64,000 nucleotides of DNA, from positions 1,280,001-1,344,000 of the forward strand of contig CBDFLE010000005.1 in assembly GCA_965248925.1 (NCBI GenBank), written 5' to 3'. Both the position numbers and the translations under genes were made by a program. The notes under the pieces are model-generated. The model searched no databases. It had not been told where the DNA came from and saw only the letters and a list, made by a program, of their open reading frames with translations. This DNA is from Candidatus Multivoradales bacterium. GTDB taxonomy: Bacteria; Acidobacteriota; Thermoanaerobaculia; Multivoradales; J023. This document shows, piece after piece, positions 9,298-19,025 of the stretch; position 1 is the first letter of the stretch; each line of letters opens with the position of its first letter.

Positions 9298-10909
9298 TTC
9301 CGCCTTCTCTCTCTGCTCCACCGGCCGGCTTGGGCGGCCGCGAGGTGGGTGAACCTCCGCTCGGTAGCAGCAGGTGGAACACACTGCCACCGTCTGGATT
9401 GTCGACCACCCAGATCGCCCCGCCGTGGGCATCGACGATCTCGCGGCAGATCGCTAGCCCGAGACCAACGCTGCCTTTTGCCCGCCGGGCGGCCGCCCCA
9501 CCTTGTTGAAACTTCTCGAAAATCCTCACCTTATGCTCATCCGGCACCCCGATACCCCGATCAGCAATGCTGAGCATGGCGAATCCACCAGTACCTAGTT
9601 TGGGCCGCAAACTTGCCGGCACTTCCCTTGGCAACTCGGCACACTGCACTACCCGCACCGCCAGTGGTGCGCCCACGGGTGAGAACTTGAGAGCGTTCTC
9701 AAGCAGGTTTTCGATCACCTGAATCAGCCGATCGCCGTCTAGACGCAGCCGCACCGGCTGCTGGGGCATATCCACCTGCAACTCGATCCGGCGCTCAGCC
9801 AGGCGGGTCTCGAGCTCTACCACCACCAGGCGGGTCAGAGCGACCAGGTCTCGCGGCTTGAGATCCAGCTCCAATCCACCAGCTTCCATATGCGACAAGT
9901 CGAGCAGCTTGGAGATCATCGCCGACAGCCGCCGGCCGCTTTCCAGATTGAGCGTCACCAAGCGACGTTGCTTGGCGGTCAGCGGTCCGGGAATCTGTTC
10001 CAGCAACAGTTGATTGGTCTCGTGCATCGCCGTCAACGGAGTCTTCAACTCGTGGGATACATGGGCCAAGAACTGCTTCTTCATCTGGTCCAGGGCATCG
10101 AGACGCCGCACCATCTTGTTGAACGAGGCCGCCAGGCGGGCGAACTCGTCGCCCCGCGAATCGTCGAGCTGGTAGGTAAACCGTCCCTCGGCCACCGCCC
10201 GAGTGCCAGCGATCAGCCTTTTGAGTGGCTCATTGATCGAGCGAATGGTGACAAAGCCGACCACGAAGGTCATCAGCAAAGCCGCCGCCGCCACGCTCCA
10301 CGAGACGCGGCGGGCTTGGCTGCTGGCGTTGGCCACCAAGCTGGTCTGGTTTTGGATCGCCTGTTTGGTGGCTTGCAAGGCACTGTCGACTCGCCGGCCC
10401 AACAACTCCAAGCGACTGAGTTCGAAGGAACGTTCGAGCTGGTCGAGGCGCCCTATCTCCTCGACCAACTCACCGATCTCTTGCACCGCCGCCGCCGGCA
10501 GGCCACTCTTGAGCTGCTTGACTGAAGGCAGGGACGCGACCTCCATACCGCCGCCCACTTCGCCCTCTTCCCATAACTGCCGCAGCGCCGCCAGCGCCGA
10601 CGCTTCTGCAGGTGAACGAGTCACCGAGTCCAGTCGCGCCAAATGCAGACCGAATTCAGTGCTCAGTTGGGTGAGGCGATCACCGTATACCGGATCGCCG
10701 GTGAGGTAGAGTTTGCGGGTCATTTCAGTGAGTTCACCGACCCGGCTGCGCAAATCCGCCGCGATCGAAGCCGCCTCGAGCTTGGTCTGCGCCAGGTCGC
10801 GGTTAACTCCCACCAGGTAGCGCAGCATTTGCGCATGGTAGGCCAACACGCCGACCAACACCGCCGCCAGCAGCACGGCGCCAGCCACCATCTTGGTCGA
10901 TACTCTCAC
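9287..10909 (-). CDS. Sensor histidine kinase (2 TM, HAMP, HisKA, HATPase), GlrK/QseE-like
   Basis: SHELKTPL H-box, NLLENALKF N-box, DRGIG and GLGLAI. Confidence 0.92.
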   Translation of the reverse strand: MRVSTKMVAGAVLLAAVLVGVLAYHAQMLRYLVGVNRDLAQTKLEAASIAADLRSRVGELTEMTRKLYLTGDPVYGDRLTQLSTEFGLHLARLDSVTRSPAEASALAALRQLWEEGEVGGGMEVASLPSVKQLKSGLPAAAVQEIGELVEEIGRLDQLERSFELSRLELLGRRVDSALQATKQAIQNQTSLVANASSQARRVSWSVAAAALLMTFVVGFVTIRSINEPLKRLIAGTRAVAEGRFTYQLDDSRGDEFARLAASFNKMVRRLDALDQMKKQFLAHVSHELKTPLTAMHETNQLLLEQIPGPLTAKQRRLVTLNLESGRRLSAMISKLLDLSHMEAGGLELDLKPRDLVALTRLVVVELETRLAERRIELQVDMPQQPVRLRLDGDRLIQVIENLLENALKFSPVGAPLAVRVVQCAELPREVPASLRPKLGTGGFAMLSIADRGIGVPDEHKVRIFEKFQQGGAAARRAKGSVGLGLAICREIVDAHGGAIWVVDNPDGGSVFHLLLPSGGSPTSRPPKPAGGAEREGGNER

Positions 10910-10927
10910 TCCGTTCTCACTCCCGGC

Positions 10928-12304
10928 TCAGCGCGCCGACTCCGCCACTTTGCCGTAGGCTCTTAGCTTGTTGCGAATGGTCTTGACGTCGAGACCTAGC
11001 TGGCGCGCCGCCTTAGCCTTGTTATTGGCAACCTGTTTGAGCGTCTCTTGAATCACGAATCGCTCAGCCTCGGCCATGGTGACCTTCGGCGGCAGAGTCA
11101 AACGTGTTTGCAGCTCGCCCTGGGAGCTCCACACGAAGGCTGGCAAGTGCTGCTGGGTGATCCAGCCCTTGCCGGCGACAATCACCGCCCGCTCCATGAC
11201 GTTACGCAGTTCCCGCACATTGCCCGGCCAGGGATAGAGCCGCAGCCTCTCTTCGACGATTGGATCCAGTCCCTCGACATTGGCACTATGCTTGCGATTG
11301 AATTCGCCAACGAAATGTTGGGCGAGCAAGGGAATATCATCCAGTCGTTGCCGCAGAGGCGGCAGTGCCACGGTGAAGACATTGAGGCGGTAGTAGAGAT
11401 CCTGCCGCAGACTTCCCTCTTCGACCGCCCGCGGCGGTTCCCGATTGGTCGCCGCCAACAGGCGAACATCGAACTCCATCTCCCGCGCTCCACCAAGACG
11501 CCGCACACGACAATCTTCGAGCACGCGCAAGAACTTTGGCTGCACTGGCAGCGGCATCTCGGCGAATTCATCGAGAAATAAGGTGCCCCGATCGGCGAGT
11601 TCGAACCACCCAGCCTTGGTGGCCACGGCGCCGGTAAAGGCCCCCTTTTCATGCCCGAACAACTCGCTCTCGACCAGTCCTTCGGCGATCGCCGCGGTGT
11701 TGACCGCGATGTAGGGGTGCGGACTGCGGCTGCTCAGCTGATGGATGGTCCTGGCGACCAGTTCTTTGCCGGTGCCGGACTCACCGATGATGATCGCCGA
11801 CGCCTGATTCTTGGCCAGTAACTTGAGGGTCTTGTAGAGCTTGCGCATCGGCCGGCTGATACCGACGATCGGCCCCAGTCCAGCCCGCTGATCGAGGCGC
11901 CGCTGGAGCTGGCGGCTGACGATGCCGCGCTGGTGGTCGTGTAAAGCACTTTCTAACGTGGTCTTGAGCTTGTCGTAGTCCAGCGGTTTGGTCAGAAAAT
12001 CCCTCGCGCCGTACTTCATCGCCCGCACTGCCGCGTCGATCGAACCGTAGGCGGTGATCAGGATCACCACCCGGCGCGAATTCTCTTGCCGCAACCAGCG
12101 CAGCAATTCCAACCCCGAGAAGTCAGGCAACGAGACATCGGTGATCACCACCGCTGGATCGTGGCGCGCGGCCAGGCGCCGAGCCTGCTCGCCGGTTTCG
12201 GCCAGAAGGACCTCGAATCCCCAGGGCTGGAGACGCATTTCCAGCACCTCGCGCATCGCCGCTTCGTCGTCGACAACCAATACTCTGGGCAGCCTGGTGC
12301 TCAT
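10928..12304 (-). CDS. sigma54-dependent response regulator (NtrC family)
   Basis: REC domain, GESGTGKE Walker A, GAFTGA and Fis-type HTH. Likely start MSTRLPRV at 12304. Confidence 0.93.
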   Translation of the reverse strand: MSTRLPRVLVVDDEAAMREVLEMRLQPWGFEVLLAETGEQARRLAARHDPAVVITDVSLPDFSGLELLRWLRQENSRRVVILITAYGSIDAAVRAMKYGARDFLTKPLDYDKLKTTLESALHDHQRGIVSRQLQRRLDQRAGLGPIVGISRPMRKLYKTLKLLAKNQASAIIIGESGTGKELVARTIHQLSSRSPHPYIAVNTAAIAEGLVESELFGHEKGAFTGAVATKAGWFELADRGTLFLDEFAEMPLPVQPKFLRVLEDCRVRRLGGAREMEFDVRLLAATNREPPRAVEEGSLRQDLYYRLNVFTVALPPLRQRLDDIPLLAQHFVGEFNRKHSANVEGLDPIVEERLRLYPWPGNVRELRNVMERAVIVAGKGWITQQHLPAFVWSSQGELQTRLTLPPKVTMAEAERFVIQETLKQVANNKAKAARQLGLDVKTIRNKLRAYGKVAESAR

Positions 12305-12512
12305 CCGACTCGATCCCCCAGTCCATGCCGCCGCTCGAAACTCCGAGCTGCTGAGCCGAAGCCTATGCAACTGGCGGGGATGGATCTGTGGTCGGCTTGC
12401 ATTTGCATATTGCAATTTACCACAGAAAGCTGTCGGCCTACGCGAAGCGCCAGAAGCCGGTGGCTGCCCCCCTCAGCAGCCGCTCCACAGCTGTCGTATA
12501 CTCGGCCCACCG

Positions 12513-13334
12513 ATGTCAGCCTCGTCCCTCCTAGCTGAATCCTCAGCCAACGAACTTGAGCACTCTGCTAACCCGGATCCGCCATTCGATGCGCGCAAGC
12601 CATCGCCCTTGTTGTTGCTCAGCGAAGGACGTGCCCTCTATGAATTGAGCTGGTACTGGCTAGCCCGGCCGATGCTCGACCGGGCCGCTCATGGCGACGG
12701 GCATCCGGTGTTGGTGCTTCCGGGCTTCGTCGCCACTGGGTTGTCAACCCGCCCACTGCGCAGTTTCTTGCGTCAGCATGAGTTTGGCGCCCACTGCTGG
12801 GCTCAGGGACGCAATCTCGGACCGGTTGAAGGACTCGAAGACCGCTTGGAAGAACGCCTAGGGGAACTACACCAGCGCTACGGCCGCAAGGTCAGCCTGG
12901 TCGGCTGGAGCCTCGGCGGTGTTTTTGCCCGCCTGCTCGCCAACCGCGCACCCGACTTGGTGCGTTCGGTCATCACTTTGGGCAGCCCATTCCGAAACGA
13001 CCCCAAGGCTAACCGTAGCTGGCGGCTGATGGAGCTGCTCAGCGGTCAGCGCATCGACCAGGTGCCGACCGAGACCTTTGCGCGGATACGAAACACCCCT
13101 CCGGTGCCAACGACCTCCGTCTACTCGCGCACCGACGGCGTCGCCGCGTGGCGCTGCTGCATCGATCGAGAAGGGCCACAAGCAGAGAACGTCGAGGTCT
13201 CTGGCAGCCATTGTGGCCTGGGGTGGAATCCGCTGGTGCTCTACTTGCTGGCCGATCGACTGGCACAGCCCGAAGGCTCTTGGCAGCGGTTTGAAGCACC
13301 ACGAGCCTTGCGCTGGCTCTACCCCAGTAGCTAG
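12513..13334 (+). CDS. Alpha/beta hydrolase (lipase/esterase)
   Basis: GWSLGG nucleophile elbow, DGVA Asp and GSHCG His. Adjacent to WS/DGAT. Confidence 0.85.
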   Translation: MSASSLLAESSANELEHSANPDPPFDARKPSPLLLLSEGRALYELSWYWLARPMLDRAAHGDGHPVLVLPGFVATGLSTRPLRSFLRQHEFGAHCWAQGRNLGPVEGLEDRLEERLGELHQRYGRKVSLVGWSLGGVFARLLANRAPDLVRSVITLGSPFRNDPKANRSWRLMELLSGQRIDQVPTETFARIRNTPPVPTTSVYSRTDGVAAWRCCIDREGPQAENVEVSGSHCGLGWNPLVLYLLADRLAQPEGSWQRFEAPRALRWLYPSS

Positions 13335-13402
13335 GACCAAGTCCGACCAGCATCTCGCAATCACCTGGCGTCGAAGTTGACCCGGCGCCTCCAGGAGCGG
13401 CA

Positions 13403-14824
13403 ATGCAACAGCTCAGCGGACTCGACGCTTCCTTTCTCTACCTCGAGACCGAAAACGCACCGATGCACATCGGTGGAGTCTCGATTCTCGACCCGACAAC
13501 CGAGAACGGCAAGCTCGACTTCGCTGGATTCAGCAAATTCATCGCCAGCCGGCTGCATGTCACTCGCACCTTCCGCCAGCGGTTGGTCGAAGTACCGCTG
13601 AACTTGGGCAAGCCCTATTGGATCGACGATGACCAGTTCGAACTTTCGGCCCATGTCGAGCAAACCCAACTGCCCCACCCCGGCGGCATGCGCGAGCTGT
13701 CGGCGCTGGTCTCCTGGCAGCTGGAGCAACAGCTCGACCGCAAGCGGCCCCTCTGGCACATTCTGTGGGCGTCAGGTATCGACTCCATCGCCGGCATCCC
13801 AAACGGATCCGTGGCGCTGATCAGCAAGGTCCACCACGCCGCGATCGACGGCATGTCGGGAGCGGCGATCTTGGGTGCTCTCTTCGACCTCAGCCCGACG
13901 CCGGCGCCACTACACCCCGCTCCCCCTCTTCGAACCAGCGAGACGCCGAGCAAAGCGCGGTTGTTAGGCCGGGCCTATCGCAACTTGCTGCGCTCGCCGC
14001 TCGCTCTGCGCGGGGCAGCGGGCTCTACTGCCAGCGGCCTGGCAAAGACCGCCAGCGCCCGTTGGGAAAAAGATGTGGAGCCACCACCGATGCCGTTCAG
14101 CGCACCGCGAACGCCGCTCAATGTGCCGGTGGGCAAACGCCGCACCTGGGGCGGCGCCCTGCTCTCGCTGGAGCGCATCAAGAAGCTCAAGAAAGCTGCC
14201 GGCGGCACGGTCAACGACGTTGTCCTCGCCCTCTGCGCCGGTGCCCTGCGACGCCACCTTCTTAACCTCGAAGCGCTGCCTGAGAAGCCGCTGGTGGCCA
14301 TGGTGCCGGTGTCCGTTCGGGACGATTCGGAGCGCGGCACGATGGGCAACCAGGTGTCAGCCATGTTGGTTTCTCTGGCGACGGATGTGGCAGATCCTCT
14401 GCCGCGCCTGCGCGCCATCCACCAAGGCACCCGCCGCTCCAAAACCTTCCACAAAGCGATCGGTGCTCGCACCTTGACCGAGGTCTCAAATTTCATTCCC
14501 TTCTCTCTCGCTGGCCTCGCCGCCAGGCTCTATAGCCGCAGCCGCCTCGCCGACCGCCACCGGCCCTTGTTCAACCTGGTGATTACCAATGTGCCCGGTC
14601 CGCAAGCGCCCCTCTATGTTCATGGCGCCCGCCTGCTGGCCCATGTCGGCATGGCGCCGATCTTCGATGGGATGGGCTTGATCCTGCCGATCTTCAGCTA
14701 CGCTGGTCAGCTGGCCATCGGCGTTACCTCGTGCCCCGAAGTAATCTCGGATCCGGAGCGCTTCGCCAGCTACTTGAAAGAAGAGCTCAAAGACCTCGAA
14801 AACGCTGTTCTCAGCACCGCGTAG
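13403..14824 (+). CDS. Wax ester synthase / diacylglycerol acyltransferase (WS/DGAT)
   Basis: LSGLDASFLYLE..PMH, catalytic HHAAIDG, TVNDV and TNVPGP motifs. Confidence 0.93.
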   Translation: MQQLSGLDASFLYLETENAPMHIGGVSILDPTTENGKLDFAGFSKFIASRLHVTRTFRQRLVEVPLNLGKPYWIDDDQFELSAHVEQTQLPHPGGMRELSALVSWQLEQQLDRKRPLWHILWASGIDSIAGIPNGSVALISKVHHAAIDGMSGAAILGALFDLSPTPAPLHPAPPLRTSETPSKARLLGRAYRNLLRSPLALRGAAGSTASGLAKTASARWEKDVEPPPMPFSAPRTPLNVPVGKRRTWGGALLSLERIKKLKKAAGGTVNDVVLALCAGALRRHLLNLEALPEKPLVAMVPVSVRDDSERGTMGNQVSAMLVSLATDVADPLPRLRAIHQGTRRSKTFHKAIGARTLTEVSNFIPFSLAGLAARLYSRSRLADRHRPLFNLVITNVPGPQAPLYVHGARLLAHVGMAPIFDGMGLILPIFSYAGQLAIGVTSCPEVISDPERFASYLKEELKDLENAVLSTA

Positions 14825-15003
14825 CCCGCAGCGGTTCCTGCTGAACCAGCACCCGAATCACCTCAATCTGCGTCTTTCGCCGCTGCCGAGGTCGGCAGCG
14901 AGCGAAGATTTCTCGCCCCAGCAGAGAGCCGCCTGGAACTAGAGCCCCTATGGTAGAAACGGATTGGAGGTCTGTATCTTTAGGGCCCCGGAAGGCACCA
15001 TTG

Positions 15004-16041
15004 ATGGCAAAAAGATCACCGATTCGGCCGCTCGAACTTCCTGATCTCGTCGGCAATACGCCGCTACTACACCTGGACCGAGTTCTCGGTAAACTACCCT
15101 TTCGCCTCTACGGCAAATTCGAAGGCGCCAACGCTACTGGCAGCAGCAAGGATCGGCCCGCTTCGGAAGTGATCGAGCGCGCCTTCGAGCGCGGAGAAAT
15201 CAATCGAGAAACCACCATCATAGAATCGAGTTCCGGCAACATGGGCATCGCCCTAGCTCAGGTTTGCTCGCGCCATGGTCTCAGATTTATCTGCGTTGTC
15301 GACCCCAAGATCACCGGCCAGAGCCTAGCTCTGCTCAGAGCCTACGGCGCCGAGATAGAGATGGTGCCGGCGCCGGATGCAAAGAGCGGAGAATTCCTGA
15401 TCGCCCGACTCGAGCGGATCGACGAGATGCTGGTCGAGATTCCCAACAGCTACTGGACTCGCCAATACTCCAATCCCGACAATCCAAGGGCACATTTCCG
15501 CACCATGCAGGAGATCTCAGAAGGGCTGGATGGACAAGTGGACTATCTGTTCATCGCCACCGGATCGTGTGGCACGATCCGCGGTTGTGCTGACTACATC
15601 GCTGACAACCATCTCGAAACTCGACTGGTGGCCGTCGACGCGGTCGGTAGTGTAATCTACGGTGGTGAGCGGACCCAGCGACTAATTCCGGGCTTCGGCT
15701 CAGCCAAGCGGCCGAAAATTTTCCGCGAAGACATGGCGGATGGTTTCGTCAAGATCGACGACCAAGAGAGTGTTATCGGCTGCCATTGGTTGGTGCAACG
15801 AGAAGCAATTCTCGGCGGCGGCTCTTCAGGCGCGGTAATTATGGCGATCGACAGAATGCAGCAGCAAATCCGGCCCGATACCAACGTCGTCGCCCTGCTG
15901 CCAGATCGCGGAGACCGTTACCTGGATACGATTTATTCGGTAGACTGGGTCAAGGAACACTTCGGCGACATTTCCCATTTTTGGGAGACAAGTCGGCGAG
16001 TTCCTGCTCAACTACTGGCCAGCCCAGTACCACTCCAATGA
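15004..16041 (+). CDS. sbnA: SbnA-family PLP enzyme (2,3-diaminopropionate biosynthesis; cysteine synthase fold)
   Basis: GSSKDRPA, IIESSSGNMG, VVDPK, QYSNPDN, LGGGSSG and PDRGDRYLDTIY motifs. An SbnB-like gene is nearby. Confidence 0.85.
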   Translation: MAKRSPIRPLELPDLVGNTPLLHLDRVLGKLPFRLYGKFEGANATGSSKDRPASEVIERAFERGEINRETTIIESSSGNMGIALAQVCSRHGLRFICVVDPKITGQSLALLRAYGAEIEMVPAPDAKSGEFLIARLERIDEMLVEIPNSYWTRQYSNPDNPRAHFRTMQEISEGLDGQVDYLFIATGSCGTIRGCADYIADNHLETRLVAVDAVGSVIYGGERTQRLIPGFGSAKRPKIFREDMADGFVKIDDQESVIGCHWLVQREAILGGGSSGAVIMAIDRMQQQIRPDTNVVALLPDRGDRYLDTIYSVDWVKEHFGDISHFWETSRRVPAQLLASPVPLQ

Positions 16042-16084
16042 ACTAACTCAGCCCAATGGACTCAATCGCGGAGATGCACAGATC

Positions 16085-16546
16085 ATGAAACTCGGAGACG
16101 TATTGCGGAAAGAGAGGCAGAAAGCCTCGCTTTCTACCCAGGAAGTAGCTCAAAAAATGAGCCTAGCGACCGATGCGTACGAAGAAATTGAAGCTGGCGA
16201 CTCAGATGCCGAGGTCTGGGGACCGCGCCTAGCTTTGATCGCCATCGAACTCGAAACTCCAACCTCGCGTCTCCTCGCCACCAGCGGTCGCGCCGCCGAC
16301 ACCGTCCAGGGCCAGGCTGGTGGACTCATCAAAGGACATCGAGAGAGGCGCGAGAAGAGCATTGAGCAACTTGCAGCTGCTTTAGAAATAACCACCGACG
16401 ACTATACTCAAATCGAGGCCGGTGAGTCTCCGCTAGAGACCTTAGGCCCGCAGCTACTAGCCTTTTCAGAAGCTATTGAACAGCCGGTCTTCAATCTCTT
16501 CTATCCCTGCGGCCTACCATTCCAAGAGCTGGACGACTATCCCTGA
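16085..16546 (+). CDS. Tandem XRE-family HTH protein
   Basis: Two repeats of an HTH_XRE pattern (YEEIEAGDS / YTQIEAGES), 153 aa, GGAG RBS. Confidence 0.8.
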   Translation: MKLGDVLRKERQKASLSTQEVAQKMSLATDAYEEIEAGDSDAEVWGPRLALIAIELETPTSRLLATSGRAADTVQGQAGGLIKGHRERREKSIEQLAAALEITTDDYTQIEAGESPLETLGPQLLAFSEAIEQPVFNLFYPCGLPFQELDDYP

Positions 16547-16624
16547 GCCTTCCCCCCCCCTCAGCAGCTCCGCGCGCGGTTCACCAAGTGGCGAGCCGCG
16601 CGTTGCCGCCTCCTCGCTCGTGCC

Positions 16625-17653
16625 TCAGTCGCGGGCAGTCCAAGGAGCCGGTAGGAACCCACGCAGACGGGTGCCAACCCCCTCCTCCTCGGCCAAACGC
16701 ACGGCCAAACCGCCGACCGCCAGATCCAACACCCCCAAACCAAAGGGGCTAAAGACCACTGCGCGCTCGCTGTCGGAACGGGCTGGTTGATTGCCGAGCA
16801 GGATGTCAGCCAGCGGACAGCGGACAAAGTCGCGATGGCCGACCTCAGTCTCGGTGAGATGTATCGAAGTGCCAGCTCTCGCCACATGATCGAGATCGTC
16901 GACTACGTTGTCAGCTGCCAGAATCGCCCGCGGAGCCAAATCGCGCAAAGAAATATGTAGCACCACTCCACCAGCAGCCATCGGAGAAAGGTCGTCTAGG
17001 TAGGGAGCACCAGCTGTCGTAGCGAAAGACACCAGAGAGCGCCCAGCGAGCAGCTGCTCCATGCTGGGCACCTGCTCGATCTCGACCTCACCCAGACTGC
17101 GGCGGCAATGGTCGACAAATTGCTTCGCCCGTTCGTCGGACAGATCGAAAACGAGAACCCTCTCCAGACCGCTGAGGGCAGACCGCAGAAACCGCAGAAT
17201 TTCGAAATTTATCAGGCCACATCCCACCAAGGCAACACTCTCCACGCGACGGCCATCAAGCAACACCCGCGCCGCCAAAGCCGCGCTCGCGGCGGTCCGC
17301 TTGGAGCTGACAATCGAAGCTTCCAATAGTGCCTCGGGATGCCCCGTGCGAGCCGAGTTCAGCGCCATCAACGCTGAGGCCCTGTCAAGTCCTGAGGTGA
17401 TGTTGCCTGGGAACGAAGATATCCACTTCATCCCCGCCAGATCGTAGTCTCCGCCCAAGAAGGCCGGCAGGCATATGATCCTGTTCGCAGGTTCCTCGGG
17501 GAAACGTAGGAAGCTCGAATGAGGCAGAGAGCTAGCGCCTTGACGATGCAACCTGTAGGCGGCGGCGACTTCATCGAGAATCTGCGTCTCTCGGTCTCTC
17601 AACAGAGAGAAAATCTCGTCACCCCTTAGGATCAACAAATGGTCATCAGTCAA
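16625..17653 (-). CDS. sbnB: SbnB-family ornithine cyclodeaminase-like protein (2,3-diaminopropionate biosynthesis)
   Basis: PHSSFLRFP, RIICLPA, GMKWISSFPGN, RTAASAALA, LHISLRD and FSPFGLGVLD motifs. TTG start. Confidence 0.88.
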   Translation of the reverse strand: MTDDHLLILRGDEIFSLLRDRETQILDEVAAAYRLHRQGASSLPHSSFLRFPEEPANRIICLPAFLGGDYDLAGMKWISSFPGNITSGLDRASALMALNSARTGHPEALLEASIVSSKRTAASAALAARVLLDGRRVESVALVGCGLINFEILRFLRSALSGLERVLVFDLSDERAKQFVDHCRRSLGEVEIEQVPSMEQLLAGRSLVSFATTAGAPYLDDLSPMAAGGVVLHISLRDLAPRAILAADNVVDDLDHVARAGTSIHLTETEVGHRDFVRCPLADILLGNQPARSDSERAVVFSPFGLGVLDLAVGGLAVRLAEEEGVGTRLRGFLPAPWTARD

Positions 17654-18625
17654 TAGCTCAACCTCAGAGCATAAAGCCGCCTGAACGACAAAACGCCCAA
17701 TTTACAGTGAATTCTCTATCAAACACCCACAATCTCGGCATCGTCTTCACCGATCCAAATTGCTGGCAGATGTCTGACCGCTAGCTCTCTACGTCTGCGA
17801 CCGGGCCTCGACCGCCGAAGTCAAAGTCCGACCCCCGCATTATGTCGTCAGGCACTTGCCCGCAAATTCTAACACACCACCACCAACCGAAGTGAACTGC
17901 TCTGTACCGTCGAGCGGAGCTGAAGACAGATAACGCATCTAAACCTGTACAAGGTAGATTGTTAAACTTAGTCACTTCACAAGAGCCTCTTATCGACAGC
18001 TAGACAAAAGATAGAAACTGTTCTATCGCTACTCGTTGACAGAGTAAGATGCCTCATCTATTCTTCCCCCACACCAAAGCCTTGGGGTGGTCATTCAACT
18101 CCAGGCGAGTAGGGGACCAAAACTTGATCAGACTAAATCCAGACTAGAGTCAGCTATTCGAGAACTCGCCAAACTGAGTTCTTGGTGTCAGCCTACGTGC
18201 TAGTGGTCGGCAATAGCGACCTACAATCCATCCTCCAGGAACCGCTTAGGGGGCCTGGAAAGCGTGGAGCGCGCCTACCAGCCGGAAGCCTGCAAAACCT
18301 TTTTGGTAAGTAGTCGAACAGGATACCGCTGTCTACTTGCAGCTCTCTTGGGAGCTTGGGCCAGATCATCGGCCCGAGTCAGCTCACTTTCTTTCACAGA
18401 CGGTAACCAGAGCGAATGAAATCCGCAACCTGGGCTTCACCGGGAGAATTGCGCGCGCCAGAAGGAGTGTCTAAATGCAACGCCTGCCGCCTTGACAGTC
18501 CACCATCGATAGACTTTTCATCACGAGATAGCAGCAACTTTTTGCATACGTTTAACTACACTTCAAACGAGTTCCTAATCGAACCCGAATTCAACCGTCC
18601 CCATCCTTATTGAGGAAATCATTCC

Positions 18626-18799
18626 ATGTCGATCAACACCTTCCGCCAGAACCTACTCAACAATGAGTCATCCAGCCCCATGAACCACGCCTTGGTCAAG
18701 CTGCAGAATGTCTCGAATCCCGCCGACTTACTGAGCAAGTCGAGCGTCGACTTTTTCCAGTGGCAGCCGTGGAATCCCGACGCCGAGACCAATATCTGA
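18626..18799 (+). CDS. 57-aa putative pheromone/RiPP precursor peptide 1 (ComX-like)
   Basis: Hand-translated: MSINTFRQNLLNNESSSPMNHALVKLQNVSNPADLLSKSSVDFFQWQPWNPDAETNI. GAGGA RBS, downstream hairpin, and homologous to 23319..23498. Confidence 0.8.
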   Translation: MSINTFRQNLLNNESSSPMNHALVKLQNVSNPADLLSKSSVDFFQWQPWNPDAETNI

Positions 18800-18818
18800 C
18801 CGGGTCCCACCCCACCAA

Positions 18819-18843
18819 GCTGCCGCCGTCCAGTGGCGGCAGC
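18819..18843 (+). terminator. Hairpin after peptide 1 (terminator or mRNA stabiliser)
   Basis: 9-bp stem gctgccgcc/ggcggcagc with no U-tract. Confidence 0.5.
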
Positions 18844-19025
18844 GCCCGACCTTCCGATTGAGATCGCTGCTGATCACACCCAGCGCTCGCTGCTGCCGCG
18901 GCCCAGCCAGGACTTGCCAGGATCCGTTATTGCTCCCTATAATGGCCGCCTCCAGACCATGGCCACCCCCGGTAGGAAACCAGAAAGCTAGCAGGGGAAG
19001 GAGCCCAAAAAGTATCGGAGCGGCG

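Noticed and set aside
16552-16560. Poly-C tract as a phase-variation site
   Set aside because: It lies between two convergent stop codons, so it has no evident effect on expression.
18492-18515. TTGACA...TAGACT as a sigma70 promoter for peptide 1
   Set aside because: The spacer is only 12 bp.
18416-18613. 65-aa ORF upstream of peptide 1 as a third precursor
   Set aside because: No RBS, no WxPWxP motif and no similarity to the two peptides.
18858-19025. Extended N-termini given by the ORF track (also for the kinase, recD, recC, ogt and the hydrolase)
   Set aside because: Downstream starts have RBSs or stop/start coupling, and the extensions are not protein-like.
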